A stretch of DNA of 60,682 nucleotides, the filler included, from Fonticula-like sp. SCN 57-25 (lineage: Eukaryota): NCBI GenBank assembly GCA_001724245.1. It is 10 parts of 10 records of this genome, joined end to end, with 100 filler letters (N's around TTAATTAATTAA, not from the genome) between each part and the next. Parts side by side here need not be neighbours in the genome. Positions count along the whole stretch, not along the records: positions 8,241 to 13,994 come from MEDX01000521.1; positions 14,095 to 19,842 come from MEDX01000522.1; positions 19,943 to 25,685 come from MEDX01000523.1; 7 more parts are not named here. One strand, written 5' to 3'. Position 1 is the stretch's first letter, and each line of letters begins with the position of its first letter. This document shows positions 11,044 through 23,020 of this stretch, piece by piece. The notes below the pieces were generated by a model that saw only the letters and a program-made list of their open reading frames with translations, was not told where the DNA came from and made no database searches. A program made the position numbers and the translations under genes.

Positions 11044-11343
11044 ATGGTGCGTCCCGCGGCGACAGCCATGCTCGCCAATGCGTCGACAGTTGGCTAACAG
11101 TGCTGTTTTGTGATAGGCTTCTTCTCCCCAGATTCGTGCCAAGGCTGCTCAGCATGCCAAGAACATTGACAAGCGCGGCCAGATCGTCAAGAAGAAGCCC
11201 GCTGTGACGAGCAATGTGGCGCCGGTGGTTGTCGGCTTCCTGCTCTTTGTCCTTCTTGGCTCTGGTGCGTAGCGCAGTCTTTATTTTATCTTGCTGACGC
11301 GTGTCTGTCATCAGCTCTGTTCCAGATGACCCAGGGCATGTAA
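11044..11343 (+). CDS. SERP1: Stress-associated ER protein RAMP4/SERP1/Ysy6 (about 60 aa, two introns)
   Basis: Absent from ORF track. Spliced M|ASSPQIRAKAAQHAKNIDKRGQIVKKKPAVTSNVAPVVVGFLLFVLLGS|ALFQMTQGM*: basic N-terminus plus tail anchor typical of RAMP4; both introns begin GTGCGT and end in YAG. Confidence 0.88.
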
Positions 11344-11617
11344 GCGGCATCCCTTGAGACGCCTTTCGGTGTCGTTTCACACAGTAGGCAGTTTTATTAC
11401 GCCCGCTAGTTTTGCGTGTCTTTCTCTTTGCTTAATTATGCTTTCTCCCGCCTAAAACCCCTTTGCCTATTCGATCGAGTCGGCTTTGCTGTACAATCAA
11501 GGGACTGTTTCTTTGCCTGCTGCCTGCGCACATTTGCCGATCTCGGACACATTTGTATTTGCGAATGTTTCATTTAATGTGTGAATAGAAATACAATTAT
11601 TACTCATTTAAGCGACG

Positions 11618-12586
11618 TTAAGCGCGAAATTTCTCTACTTTGACCACGGTGACTGCGCCGCTGTCGTCATCGACCGTGTAGTGGGCGATGATGCTGTCGA
11701 GCCGGACGCTGTGCGTCTCGTGCATCTCGCGGCGATGCGCCGATCTGATCTCGAGCGCGAGCACCTGCTTCACGAGCGTCTCCATCTGCTCCGCCGTCTC
11801 GTACATCTCAAACTGCCCTTGCAGATCCCGCATCTCTTGCGCGGCATCCGGCGCAATCTCGACGCGCGCATAGTCGACCGCCTCCCTGGGCGTGAGCCAG
11901 TGCGCGCCGCGCACGGGATCATCGGCGCTGTCCGTCGACGGGCAGTACGGCTTGACGTCCAGAATGGGCGTCCCGTCGAGCAGATCCGCGCCGAGGAAGA
12001 AAAGTGTGTCGCCTTGGACGCGATCGAGCCGGACGAGGCTCAGGCCGATCGCGTTCGGGCGATGCGGCGATCGCGTGGAAAAGAGACCGACGCGCGAATC
12101 GTGGCGCGGCGGGCGGACTTTGGCCTTTAAAGAGGCGCCGTGCTGGTTCGTGTTGTCGTGGAACTCAAAGATGAGCCACACGTGGGAGAAGGAGGAAAGG
12201 CCATCAAAGGCATCGGCGCCGTTCAGGCCGACCGAGCGGGAAAGCGTGAGCGAGGAGACGGCAGAGGGAACAACGCCGGGCTGGCGAGGCGTTCCATTTC
12301 GCGTCTAAAAAATGTTAAAATAAAAAGAAAAAGAAGGAAAACGCACTTTAAAACACGATTTTAGGTAGCCGATCGGCGCCATGCGCTTACTGACAACGCG
12401 CGGGCGATCACCGCCATCGCGAAGCGCCTTTTCAGCGCGAATGCGACCCGTGCGATCTTGAGCACGCAGCGCCTCGGCACGCTCTCTCAGCGCGCGCTCA
12501 TGGGCCAATTGCGCATAAAAGTACCGCCAAGAGATCAGCGCAGCTGCCACGGCCGCCGCCGCCGCCGCCGCCACCGCGCGGTCCAT
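11618..12586 (-). CDS. TRMO: tRNA (adenine37-N6)-methyltransferase TrmO/TsaA family
   Basis: PIGYLKSCF|..RNGTPRQP, FSHVWLIFEFH, KVRPPR, GLFSTRSPHRPNAIGLSLV, GADLLDGTPILDVKPY; N-terminal hydrophobic helix plus coiled coil; intron ~12305-12346. Confidence 0.93.
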
Positions 12587-12926
12587 CAAACGCTGACTGC
12601 AGAGTCAGTTTGCAGTCCAGTTTGCAAGAATTCAGACCAAGGCCTCTGATTGGTTAATTAGCTGTGACGTCATAGAATAAGGAGCGATGATTGGTCAATA
12701 GCACGCGGTTAAAAATTATTATCGGTAACGCAAACGGGTTGTGCGTTCGAGTCCCTCAAAAGCACGGACACTTTTGATTGGCTCACTATCCGGACTCAAA
12801 TCCATGAATCTGATGACCGGACCTGCATTGAAACGTTTATATACCACTCTACACTCTTCTACCCATACATACTTCTTACAAAACATCGTACTTGTATATT
12901 TATTTCACATTAAAACATGACTGGAC

Positions 12927-13175
12927 CTACACTGCCAGTCGTTCCTTCTCCGCCAACCGCGCCTCGAGCATTCCGTGCTGATCTGGAAGTGCATCATGCG
13001 TAGAGGCAGAACGCCAGAAAGAGGACAGAGCGCTTCCGCACGCAAGCCATGGCCCACGAACGCCAGCGCTGGGTCGCGTAAAGGGTTCAGGTACATGACG
13101 ACCACGTCGAGCGTCTGCCCTCGGCTTTTGTGAATGGTGAACACCCATGCCAGCGTCAGCGAACCTTTCCGCAGG
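12927..13175 (-). pseudogene. Degenerate PIF1-family helicase C-terminal fragment (possible Helitron-like relic)
   Basis: SLTLAWVFTIHKSRGQTLDVVVMYL..PALAFVG matches PIF1 motifs V/VI (LAWAITIHKSQGQTL..GLAYVALSR); frame breaks and no rest of gene. Confidence 0.65.
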
Positions 13176-14094
13176 TGAAAACATCACCATTAAGACACTC
13201 TCAGCAACCTCTGTGCCTCCTCTATGCTCGGGATTGTCAGACATTGTGGTTCAGGTAGATGCCACATGACCTTTTCCAGACCACCTACTCTCGCGTGGCG
13301 CGCGCGCCGCGCGCGCATGCCCGCGCGTGTAAGACTGAATAGCAATTATGCGCGACGACGCCAGTCGCGCTGCAAACAGTTTTAATGGTCGCTGAAATGT
13401 ACGCATGTGCGGGAATATGGTAATTGAATATATTAATTACCTGGAAAGAAGGTGGGGTATGGATGCCGTCCATCGATGCGACGATGCGTGCTCACCCACC
13501 GTGCCGCCCAGCGGCCCGGGCCTGCACGCGACTCAACGGCGCGCGCTGGCGCGCGCGCAACTTTGTAAGTATTGTGTCAAGTGCAAGCATGCCATCCGCC
13601 CCATATGTGGTGTATATACACCAATGCCGCTTTTGCCGTCAGTCGAACGTGCCAACCTGATCCCTGAGGCACAGATCGATGCAACAGCACGAAATCCGCC
13701 GCGGTCAATCTACTATAAAGAACCATGTAGGCTGAAGTGGCGCCAGTCATTGTTGTGTACGGCGACGATCCGTTTGTGTGCGGTGCTCGTTGGTGCTAGA
13801 TCGGCGGCAGGGTAGGGTGGTTGGAGGCATCTTTTGGCGTCCCCTGCGTTTCCCGCGGATTTACTGAAGAAATCGCATGCGATTTGTTCGTCCGAGGACC
13901 CATTTTTTCTTTTGCTCACAGCTCTATCAAATATTTTTTAAACGCGAAACCCTTGCTAGAACCAAAAGTTCTCATGGTACTCTATGTCCTGTGANNNNNN
14001 NNNNNNNNNNNNNNNNNNNNNNNNNNNNNNNNNNNNNNTTAATTAATTAANNNNNNNNNNNNNNNNNNNNNNNNNNNNNNNNNNNNNNNNNNNN

Positions 14095-17000
14095 TGCCAG
14101 GCGCCAGCATCAAGCAGAGCGCAAGTGACATTCACCTCATCCCGCGAAAGGATAGAAATGATCAACGCCGTGTTGCCGTCCGTGTCCCGGGCGGCGGGGT
14201 CTGCGCCGGCGGCGAGCAGCCGAGAAATGTCATCTACCGTGCCTTGGCGCGCCGCCCGGTGAAGCGGAGTGGTGCCGGCAGGCTCGGCGGGCTGCTGCTG
14301 CTGCTTAGGACCGGGGGTTCCCGCGGCCAACGCTGTCGGCGCCGGCAAAGACGCGCTTGGGAACGTCGGGTTTGCGGTAGAAACAGGTGCGCTGGACGAT
14401 TGGATAGACGCGGTTGCCAAAGAAGGAGGCACAATGTTCATGGCAGAGCTAAACTGCGACGCCAGATTGGTAACAGATGCCTGTCTGCGCTGCAGCTCGT
14501 CAAACGCGCCATCATGGAGCGCGCGCGCTGCATCATCAGAACCGATGAAAGCCTTGAGCTCCTGAACAATTGTTCTGAGCACAACCGGAGGCTGCCTCGC
14601 GAAACTCAGCGTGTCGCCTCCCATCATTCCGCGGCACATAATAAGGGTAAGCGCGCATTGATCGACGCCGGGGCCCTTGCGAGCAAGCTTGGCGGTGCGC
14701 TCCGCCTTGAACCACTCCCGCGTGCTTAGATAATCCTGAGCAAGCAACGCGCGCGCCACTGAAAGTCGCGCGTCGCCGCTGACCCACCACGAGACCATGC
14801 GCTCAAGACGTTTTCGCGCATCGGCAGCCTTGCCCGCGGCCGCGTCGCGCGCATAATGCAGCGATATCAGCTCAATGTCGCGGTCGATCAAAGTGTCGGT
14901 GCAGCACAGCGCGCGCATGGGGCTCGGGGGACACACGCCACCGTCCGAGCAGGGGTGATTGCCGGTGCAGACGACGCCGTGCTCGCATGTGAGAGTGCAC
15001 TTTTCGCTGCAAACAGAGTGTGCCTTGAGCGCAGTGCAGTCGTTGCACGTCGACTTGCACGTGTGGCCGCAGTCCATCGTAACGCCGCAGACCGCGGTGC
15101 ATGCGCCAACCTGCGGCGGCGATGCACCACAAGACGCCATGGCAGTGTGACGAACCGTGGCGCCGCATCCTGAGATTTCCTTCTTCACCTTGACCTTGCA
15201 GTCAGTAGGAAGGGTACATATGTCGGAGCAGATTTTGGCGCAGGCGTGTCCGCACGCTAGCTTCTTGCGGCAATTTTTCTTGCACACAGGGTCGCCTTGG
15301 TCAGCACACTTGACGAATGCCTTGTGGCCGCACGTGAGCGGCTTCATGATGCCATCCGTGCACCCTCCACAAACGTCGCCGCATTTCTTCTTGCAAGGGT
15401 GGCCGCAGGGATGCATGCGCTGGCAGGGCTCGTTGCAGTAAATCGCCAAGGCGGGAAGGTGGCCGGCACCGTGACACGTGGCCTTGCAAGGGTGACCGCA
15501 GGGAAGCGGTGCCCCACATGTTGCGCTGCAGGACACCTTTGCGACGTCGTCGCTGCACCTGACGCTGATGCGATGGCCACAGGCGGGGCGGTCGCGCATC
15601 ACCTTGGCAGGGCAAGGCGGGCATACATCGCCGCAAGAGGCGCGGCAGGGGTGCGTGCATGTCGGTGGGCGAGGGCGCATGCAAGGGTAACTGCATCGAA
15701 TACCTTCCTCGCCGTGAGGGGTCGGGTGGCACGTGAGCTTGCACGTGTGGCCGCAGTCGGGGAATGTTGCCAGGCAGAGCTTGCCGCAGCCGCCGAGGGG
15801 TGCGTTCAAAAAGTCGTCTGCATTGGTCACCTCCAGTTGCGAGTCATCGTGGGTCTTGCATGGCTGCAACACAAGCGACGGCCCGAGCAGGCGGCGCGCC
15901 TCCGCGTCGCCGCAGATCTTGTTCCAAAGCACCGATTTCTGGCGCAGCATGTCCATGTTGCCGATAACAAACATGCCATTGCGAGCGCGCGAGAGCGCCA
16001 CGCAAATGCGGTTCTCGCGCTTAAGGAAGCCAATATTACCCTCCTTATTGGATCGCACAATCGAAAGAATGATAATGTCGCTCTCCTCGCCTTGATAGTT
16101 ATCGGTCGTCACCACGCGCACATCCGCGATCGGGGAGAAATCCTTGTGTTTTAGCATCGACCTGATCAGCCTCACCTGACCGAGATACATGGTCAAAATA
16201 ACAATGTCTTTGACCTTGTACTTGTGGTACGTCAAGTAGAGCGCGAGGCGCGCAGCGATGCCCGCCTCGTGCTTGTTAATCTTGCTGCTGCTGACCTCGC
16301 CGCCGGCATTGTCCTCGGGCACTTGATGCGTCATGAAGAAGAGGCGATGGCACATGCCACGCACATCGGGGTGATTCAACGTTGAAGGGTCATCCTTAAG
16401 ATCCTTGTAAATGGACGGGCGAATAAGTGACGAAATGTCTGGATGCATGCGTCGCTGCGTCGTGAGGGTGACGTGCGGTAAACGCATATTGACAAATCGC
16501 TCAAAAAGCGACACGTCCAGCGAGTACGTTTGTGCGAGGTGAAACTCGCCGACCTGTGGCCGCAGCTGCAGGTGATCTCCAATGAGGATGACGTGCTTGG
16601 TCGCGGACGTCATGCACGCAACGACGTCAGCCTCACGCACTTCGGCCGCCTCTTCAACGATGAGCACCTCTGACCCAAGTTCTTTGAGCTGCTTGCGGTA
16701 CTTGGCGGCGCCGTTTGTTGTCAGGCCAATCACCCTGGCCGATGACAACAACATGGCGTCGCTGCGCGCGCGATGCGATGAAATGACATTGGCAATGTCC
16801 GCTGCCTGCTTGCGCAGCTCGGGCATCGCCAGCGCAGCATCGCGCACAAGAAGCTTGCGCCATGCCTTCACCAAGTGAACGCGGTCGCCCGCTGGGATGT
16901 CGCGGGCATGCGGTGGGTGATTTTGGCGCAGAGCGCGGACTTCATCGTCGCTGAGATCTGCGCTAATAAGAAGATCCGGCGATGTGCTGCGCTCGTTGAC

Positions 17001-19842
17001 GCGCTGCGCGAGTTGCTTTGCCTTGTCAATGTCATTTTGATAGGACGACAGCGGATCGTTGCCTAACCCAAACATATCGCGATGATAGGCGTCGTCATCG
17101 TCGTCAAGCTGGCGGCGCCTGATCTCCTCCAAATCTTCCTCTTCTTCAAAGTCATTGTCCGGCATTATATCATCCTTCTCAAAGGACTTTTTCGAGCCTG
17201 CTTGGCTGTCAAGTGAATCCTTCATCTCCTGAGCCTTTCTTCTGCTGTTCTTGGACTTGCGAACATCCTGCGAAAGCCAGTCGTCCACGATAGTCTCGTC
17301 CATGTGCGATATTAATGGATTGAATGAAGACATGAAAAGGGCAATGTCTTCAGGCGATAACTTAGCCCATTCGTCAAAGCCGCCTTGTTCGGGTGCCCAC
17401 TTCAAATAGCGATGCTCATCTGTAAATGAAATCGCGGCTTCAAGTGCCGCTTTCCAGGCCAAAAAACGTGTATCTTCCTTAGTCTGCTTGATAACCGAAA
17501 GCAGCACATTCGCCGCCTCTGTGCCAAATTCCTTCTTAATAATATAATAGGCGCGGTAGAGGAGGGCGTTGGAGAACGAGAACAGCGGATCGGCTAGACG
17601 GGACGCCCCGATACATTGCCGAATGGCATCAAACACTACGTCCTTGGAGCGCATTGCTTGATAAAACTCTTCCGGTGGGCGCAAGCGAGTCTTCTTGCCG
17701 TCCCTCGCGCGCTCAGCCATCGACAGCTTCTTCATCGTCTCCGAACTGGAGCGGCCACCAACGCGAATAATATCTTGCTCAAACTCATAGACGCGCTCCA
17801 GAATAGAGTCGAGAGCGTGATTGGTGAGGCACACAAACACGATGGGACGATCGCTGCGCAGCCCGGCGTTTGCGAGCAGAATGCGAGTCAGCAGCACGCC
17901 GATGAATGTCTTGCCCGTGCCCGGGGGGCCCTGAATAAGGGCAATACGCTGGGAAAGCGCCATCTTGATCGCGCTGCGTTGACTGGAGTCCAGCGAATAC
18001 AACCCTGACCTTTGCGGCAGCGCCGCTCCGACACCCCAGTTGTGAAGTCCGGGAAAGAGAGACGATAAATCCCATCCACGGCGTTCGCCGCCCTGCGAGA
18101 GGTACAACGGCGGCGGGATTTCCTGCTGCCGGCCAAGCAGCAGGTCCTCAAACGGCAGTCCACGGCTCGAGAATTCCTTGAGAGCCTCGAGGACGGGGCG
18201 AATCGAGTCAAAGAACACTGGTGACTCTAGCATGACGTAAGAGTGCGAGTCGCTAAATTCTTCCGTGTTCTCAACATTGATTGTGATCGCTGGAGCCTTG
18301 CCCTTATTTTTCTGGAGAGCCACGGCGTCAACCGACTTGACAACTGTCGCAAGAATGAGCTGCTCCGGAGAAAGCCCGACTCGATACTTGGGGCTGCTCG
18401 CCTCAGTCTTTGACTTGCCGTTATTCTTTGCAGGCAAAATAGCTGCCGGTGCAACGATGTCTAACGGCAAAAGGACCAACAGACTTCCCGTCATGAAACG
18501 CCTCGAAGCCGACCAGTCAACCTTGCGACCCGGGGTGACGAACGTCACTTCGTAGCCGACACCTGTACGGACGTCCTGCAGGGCGTTGATCTGCACGTCC
18601 AGGTAGACATTAATCCTGTCGTTCCCTCCGCCCGACATGGCCGCCGCCGTGTGCACAAGGTTCTCCTTTGTAATATCGCCTTCGGGCAACATATCCTTGA
18701 AACGCTGCAGCCCGCGACGCAGCTGCGCAATCGCCTCCTCTCGAAGAAGCTGAAAGTGCGTGTTGATGTAGTGGTGGGCGCTGCGGTACGTCACATCGGC
18801 CGCAGCCGGGAGGACCTCGCTGTGGTGCATTGCAGCCATGCTGGTATCCGCCGCCGCCTCGTCTTCTTCCTCGTCGCCATCGTATCCGCTTCGGGGCGGA
18901 AGGCGAGAACGCGACAATGCCGCGAGGATGGCAGGCAGCGCAGCTGGGGGGGGCGCAAAGAGCTCCTCGGACGTTGGCACCACGGTGAGCGCTTTGTAGT
19001 CCTCGTCGTGCAGGGGGTCATCAAGAATGCCGCGGCGTGACTGCTGAGCCGCGACGGACGTCAAGTCTGTAATCACCTTCATATCAGCCGAGCTCTTGTC
19101 CATCCGCGCGCTCTCCGCCCGCCGCATCATGATTTCAATCTTCTCCTGTAGTTCGGTGGCGCGCGCTGTGGTTTCGGCGCCAAAGGACTTGGAAAGCAAT
19201 CCCCACCGATCATCAATCGCCTCGATGGACAATTGAAAGCGCAACGGCGCGTCCGGGTAAAGCTCCAGAATGCGCTCCAAAGTCAGCACGGCATAGGACA
19301 GGCTCTGCGCAAGCTTTGGCCACTCTTGCTGCGTGACATCCATCCTTGAGGCGGAGCGACAGGCACCCTTCGAAACAGCAGTTTGGCAAAACTGCTCCAT
19401 AACCTTGCACCCTGCATCGTTGTTGAGTTCCTTGAGGGCGCTTTGCACATCAATGTGCGACAGAAACTGGCGGTCGCTAATCAGCTCAAGCAGCCGTTCG
19501 GCAATCTGGGCAAAATTCCCTGCCTCGCGAATAACCACGCGCCAGTTGTCGACCGAAGGACCACCGAGCTCGTGCACCATCTTGCTCGGCTCCCACTTTT
19601 TTACCTTGTCCAAGTACTTGAGTATGCTGGCCGGGTCTTCTGCCACAGCATCTCTCGTGGGGGGTGCGCGAGGAGAATCAGAGCGATGGGGCGACGATGC
19701 TGCTGCATCGGAGCGTCGGTACGTGATCGCAGCGTCAGAGCGACGAGGCGCGGGCGATGCTGCGTCAGAGCGACGAGGAGCGGGCGATGCTGCGTCAGAG
19801 CGACGAGGAGCGGGCGATGCTGCGTCAGAGCGACGAGGCGCG
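14095..19842 (-). CDS. ZNFX1: ZNFX1/Hrr1-like SF1 (Upf1-like) helicase with NF-X1 zinc fingers and C-terminal ankyrin repeats; truncated at both ends
   Basis: HFQLLREEAIAQLRRG, IQGPPGTGKT, CLTNHALD, IVEEAAE, IGDHLQLRP, SLFERF, DNYQGEESDIIILSIVRSN, NRICVALSRAR; multiple CGHxC..C repeats; GTTPLHRAARQG..GADPAARDTDGNTAL. Frame stays open upstream of the tracked GTG to the contig end. Confidence 0.9.
19676..19842 (-). repeat. 30-bp coding tandem repeat (AASPAPRRSD)n
   Basis: gcgtcagagcgacgagg(c/a)gcgggcgatgct about x4 plus degenerate copies, in frame with the helicase ORF. Confidence 0.9.
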
Positions 19843-19942
19843 NNNNNNNNNNNNNNNNNNNNNNNNNNNNNNNNNNNNNNNNNNNNTTAATTAATTAANN
19901 NNNNNNNNNNNNNNNNNNNNNNNNNNNNNNNNNNNNNNNNNN

Positions 19943-21508
19943 AGTCGAATTCACCTGAACCATAGTCAAAATCCAAATCGCAGTTGATTGAGAGAGTGTC
20001 GGTATCTTTAAAAAAATTGACCCAATTTGAAAACACTTTCAGGCTGGCGATACTGCAAACTATACGTGTACAGATGTGTTAACCGTGGCAATACAAAAGT
20101 ATCATAAACGGATACGCACTAGAAATACCAAGACGGCGAAGTTTATCATGTTTGCATAACAAAGATAAGGCATCACATAGCGCGGATGCGACATGCGGAT
20201 CCGATATATCGCCTATTCCAAAATTAGATGCATTGGCATTAAACTGCCCATTCTGTACCAATTCTCAACGTGTTCAAAGTGCGAAGCGTAGCGAGGGATT
20301 GCGCCAAAGAATGCATACTATAGCCAGTAAACCGACAATCTACCAGCAATGTAAGTATCAAGTACTAAAAGAGGCAATGAAAATTTCGTACCGCTCATAT
20401 TTAATTCCCGAATAGATGGGTGGTTGAGCAATCCTGCTGCAAATCCATCCATCGCATGATTCGTAATTGATCGGTTCCCTGAAATATAATAGTAAGAAGT
20501 GGGACATGTCAACCGCAATAACGTACCAGAAACATCTAGTTTTCGAAGCGACTTACATTTCTCAAGCACGTGACCCAGTCCACTTGAGCTCCAAGCAAAG
20601 TCGCAGCCTAACCATAAAAAATATAAGAAATATACGAAAATAAGTAGAAATATGAATACCGCTAAGATCCAACTCTGACAGTGCACTGCAACGAGCCAGG
20701 CCGTCAGCAAGCGCCGCTAAGCACGCGGGGGACATTTTGACACCTATATGGCAATTAGAAGCAATAATGACAAAGCGACAAACGTACCATAAAGGTCCAA
20801 AGAGACCAGCGAAGTGGGTAGAGACTCGCAAAGCGCGGCGCCGTTATTGAGACAATAACCTAAATCGTGTCAGTACAAAGCACAGCGAAGAAAACGCCGC
20901 ACAAAATAAACGAAAATGCGTCACTGAGCAACGCTGAAAGCAGGCAATAAGAGATTCAACCACCATAGGATGCACCTCAACATCATTTTGCATGTCGTCG
21001 TTTTCTGCGTGGTGGCGGGTTAGGATATGTCGATGGCGACCAAACGGCGCTCCGCACCCAAAGTGATCTCTTCCAGGCTGTTGCACATGCCCAGTAGAAC
21101 ACAGAGACTCTCGTGCACCTCCAATGACTTGGGCACTACTTTGGCGTTAGCAATATACAGCTGAACGAAAAGCGGGTACCTTTCACGCGGAGGCGAAGTA
21201 TTTGTGAAGGGTTTGGCGAACGGAGCACGGAATCCACATATTCCTTCATCAGTACAGGGTTGTCTTTGGGTTTCCCAAATTCAAGCGACAAATCTTCAAC
21301 GAAACGATTTTCACGTAGGCAATCGGCCAGTTTGCCCAAATCACCCATTTCAAATGAACGAATAAGATCTACCTTCCACGTTAGCAGCCGCTCGAAACCA
21401 CGCGAGCGCCGTACTGACTGCAATTTTCTTGGCGCTGGACGCCCTGGCCCAGTCAACGCCACTACTTTCCCCCCTCCATATAAAACGAGACTGCCGCTCC
21501 TGCGCCAT
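19943..21508 (-). CDS. RNI-like leucine-rich-repeat protein, multi-intron, 3' truncated
   Basis: Exons LADCLRENRFVEDLSLEF, LAALADGLARCSALSELDLS, LEKCKSLRKLDVS|GNRSIT..GLLNHPSIRELNMS, LCKHDKLRRLGIS, separated by short GT-AG introns, roughly one repeat per exon. Start codon tentative. Confidence 0.75.
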
Positions 21509-23020
21509 CGGAATAAACCTCTTAAAAAAGACCGAGAACGATTCGAGCAACACTTGGTTTGTAGGCTGTTCGGGGAAAAGCAGGGGAAAAGACGTTGGCG
21601 CAGTCTGGACGGACGAAAACGAAGAGCCGGTAACCAGGGCAGAGTCAGATGTGTTTTTACGGTGACGTCACCGTGGATCGTGCTCTTTCTTCCCACGTGG
21701 CCATTTCAAACCCACCCATCACCACAACCGTTGATCAGCGGGTGGCACAGCGTGACAGCGGTACCGAGCTACGTCATCATGCGACACAAGTGGTCACGCA
21801 CATCTTTCCATGTGTGCGTACACTGCGGCAACAAGTTAGGCTACAAGAGCTGTCTCGATCGCTACTTGCTCGACTGCTTGTAAAGCGCGCATCTCCCGAC
21901 CAGCTCCCGCAAGAATGTCTGGATTGCAATTAGAGACTTACCTGGCGCGAATTTTTATACGCCCAATTTTTTGAACACCTTGAGTTCACTTGAACTGGGC
22001 TGCCGGTATTTCTTATGGCGCGCAGTCCGAGCTCCGGAATGTCCCCTTCGATGGAAGTTTTCGCTGATGAGAGCGATCATCTGTGCGCCGCCGCCGCGCT
22101 TGTGCAGGCAAGCCAGCCCACTAGTTCACTAGTGCTCACTTTTCATTCCTGTGCATTCAAGTGCCGCTGCGGACGCTTTCGACTAGACGACGTTAGGCGA
22201 TGAGAATCGGTGGAATGCCTCGCTCCGTCTGCGCCGGCAACTTGCGATCCCTTATGACCGACGCGTAATCGCTCTGTGCTCGCTCTCTTGAGACGAGCTT
22301 GTTATCCGCAGAGGTATTTGAGGACGCCTTCAACCAGCTTGTTCTTATCTGGACGCTTTCTTGGCAGCGAGCGGCTTGCGGCGTGTTCCCCGGCAGCCAA
22401 CGAGCGGCTTGCGGCGTGTTCCCGTGTCAGCCAACGAAACTTGCCTCTTTGCCGCTGTGTTTCGCACGACCGACCTGGCAGTCGAGCAGCTGGTGCAGGC
22501 AATGAAGAGCGCTATGTGCACGTTCGACGTTTAACAAATGAACCCCACGCTGCGTAACGCCGATCCGAGGCGGCTTCAGCAGGAGGCAACCACGGTTGTC
22601 ACGCGGCGGCTTCCAATTTATATGCGTGGTAGTGCACGCGCTTCCACACACCTTACCCCCAATTGCGTTCATTGAGCGATTTCGCTTTTCGTGCTTTGAG
22701 GCGCGAAGGCCGATGGACTGCGCATGGTTCGCAAGCGCCTTGTAAACAGGCTGGATGTCGACGGATGAATCCGAGTTTTCGGCAGCGACGAGTCTGGATT
22801 ATAGTACTATGGAGCGGTCATTTGTGTACGTTGTTCTGTAAATGGAAATTGTATTTTATGAAATTGTAATGTATTGAGGTACATATGTCAATCGCGTGAT
22901 TACTGGTTCACTGCAAATACTCGTAACCACCAAAAGCATGGCCAGCCAATAAATAGACATACCGTATCCGTATGATACTGGTTTTGGTTATTGCATCATT
23001 GTCGAGAAATACAACAAAAA

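Noticed and set aside
12692-12765. Functional tRNA gene
   Set aside because: Acceptor and T stems do not pair; only box-like motifs remain.
19731-19842. 30-bp repeats as a possible CRISPR array
   Set aside because: Head-to-tail with no unique spacers, in frame with a protein, eukaryotic context, no cas genes.
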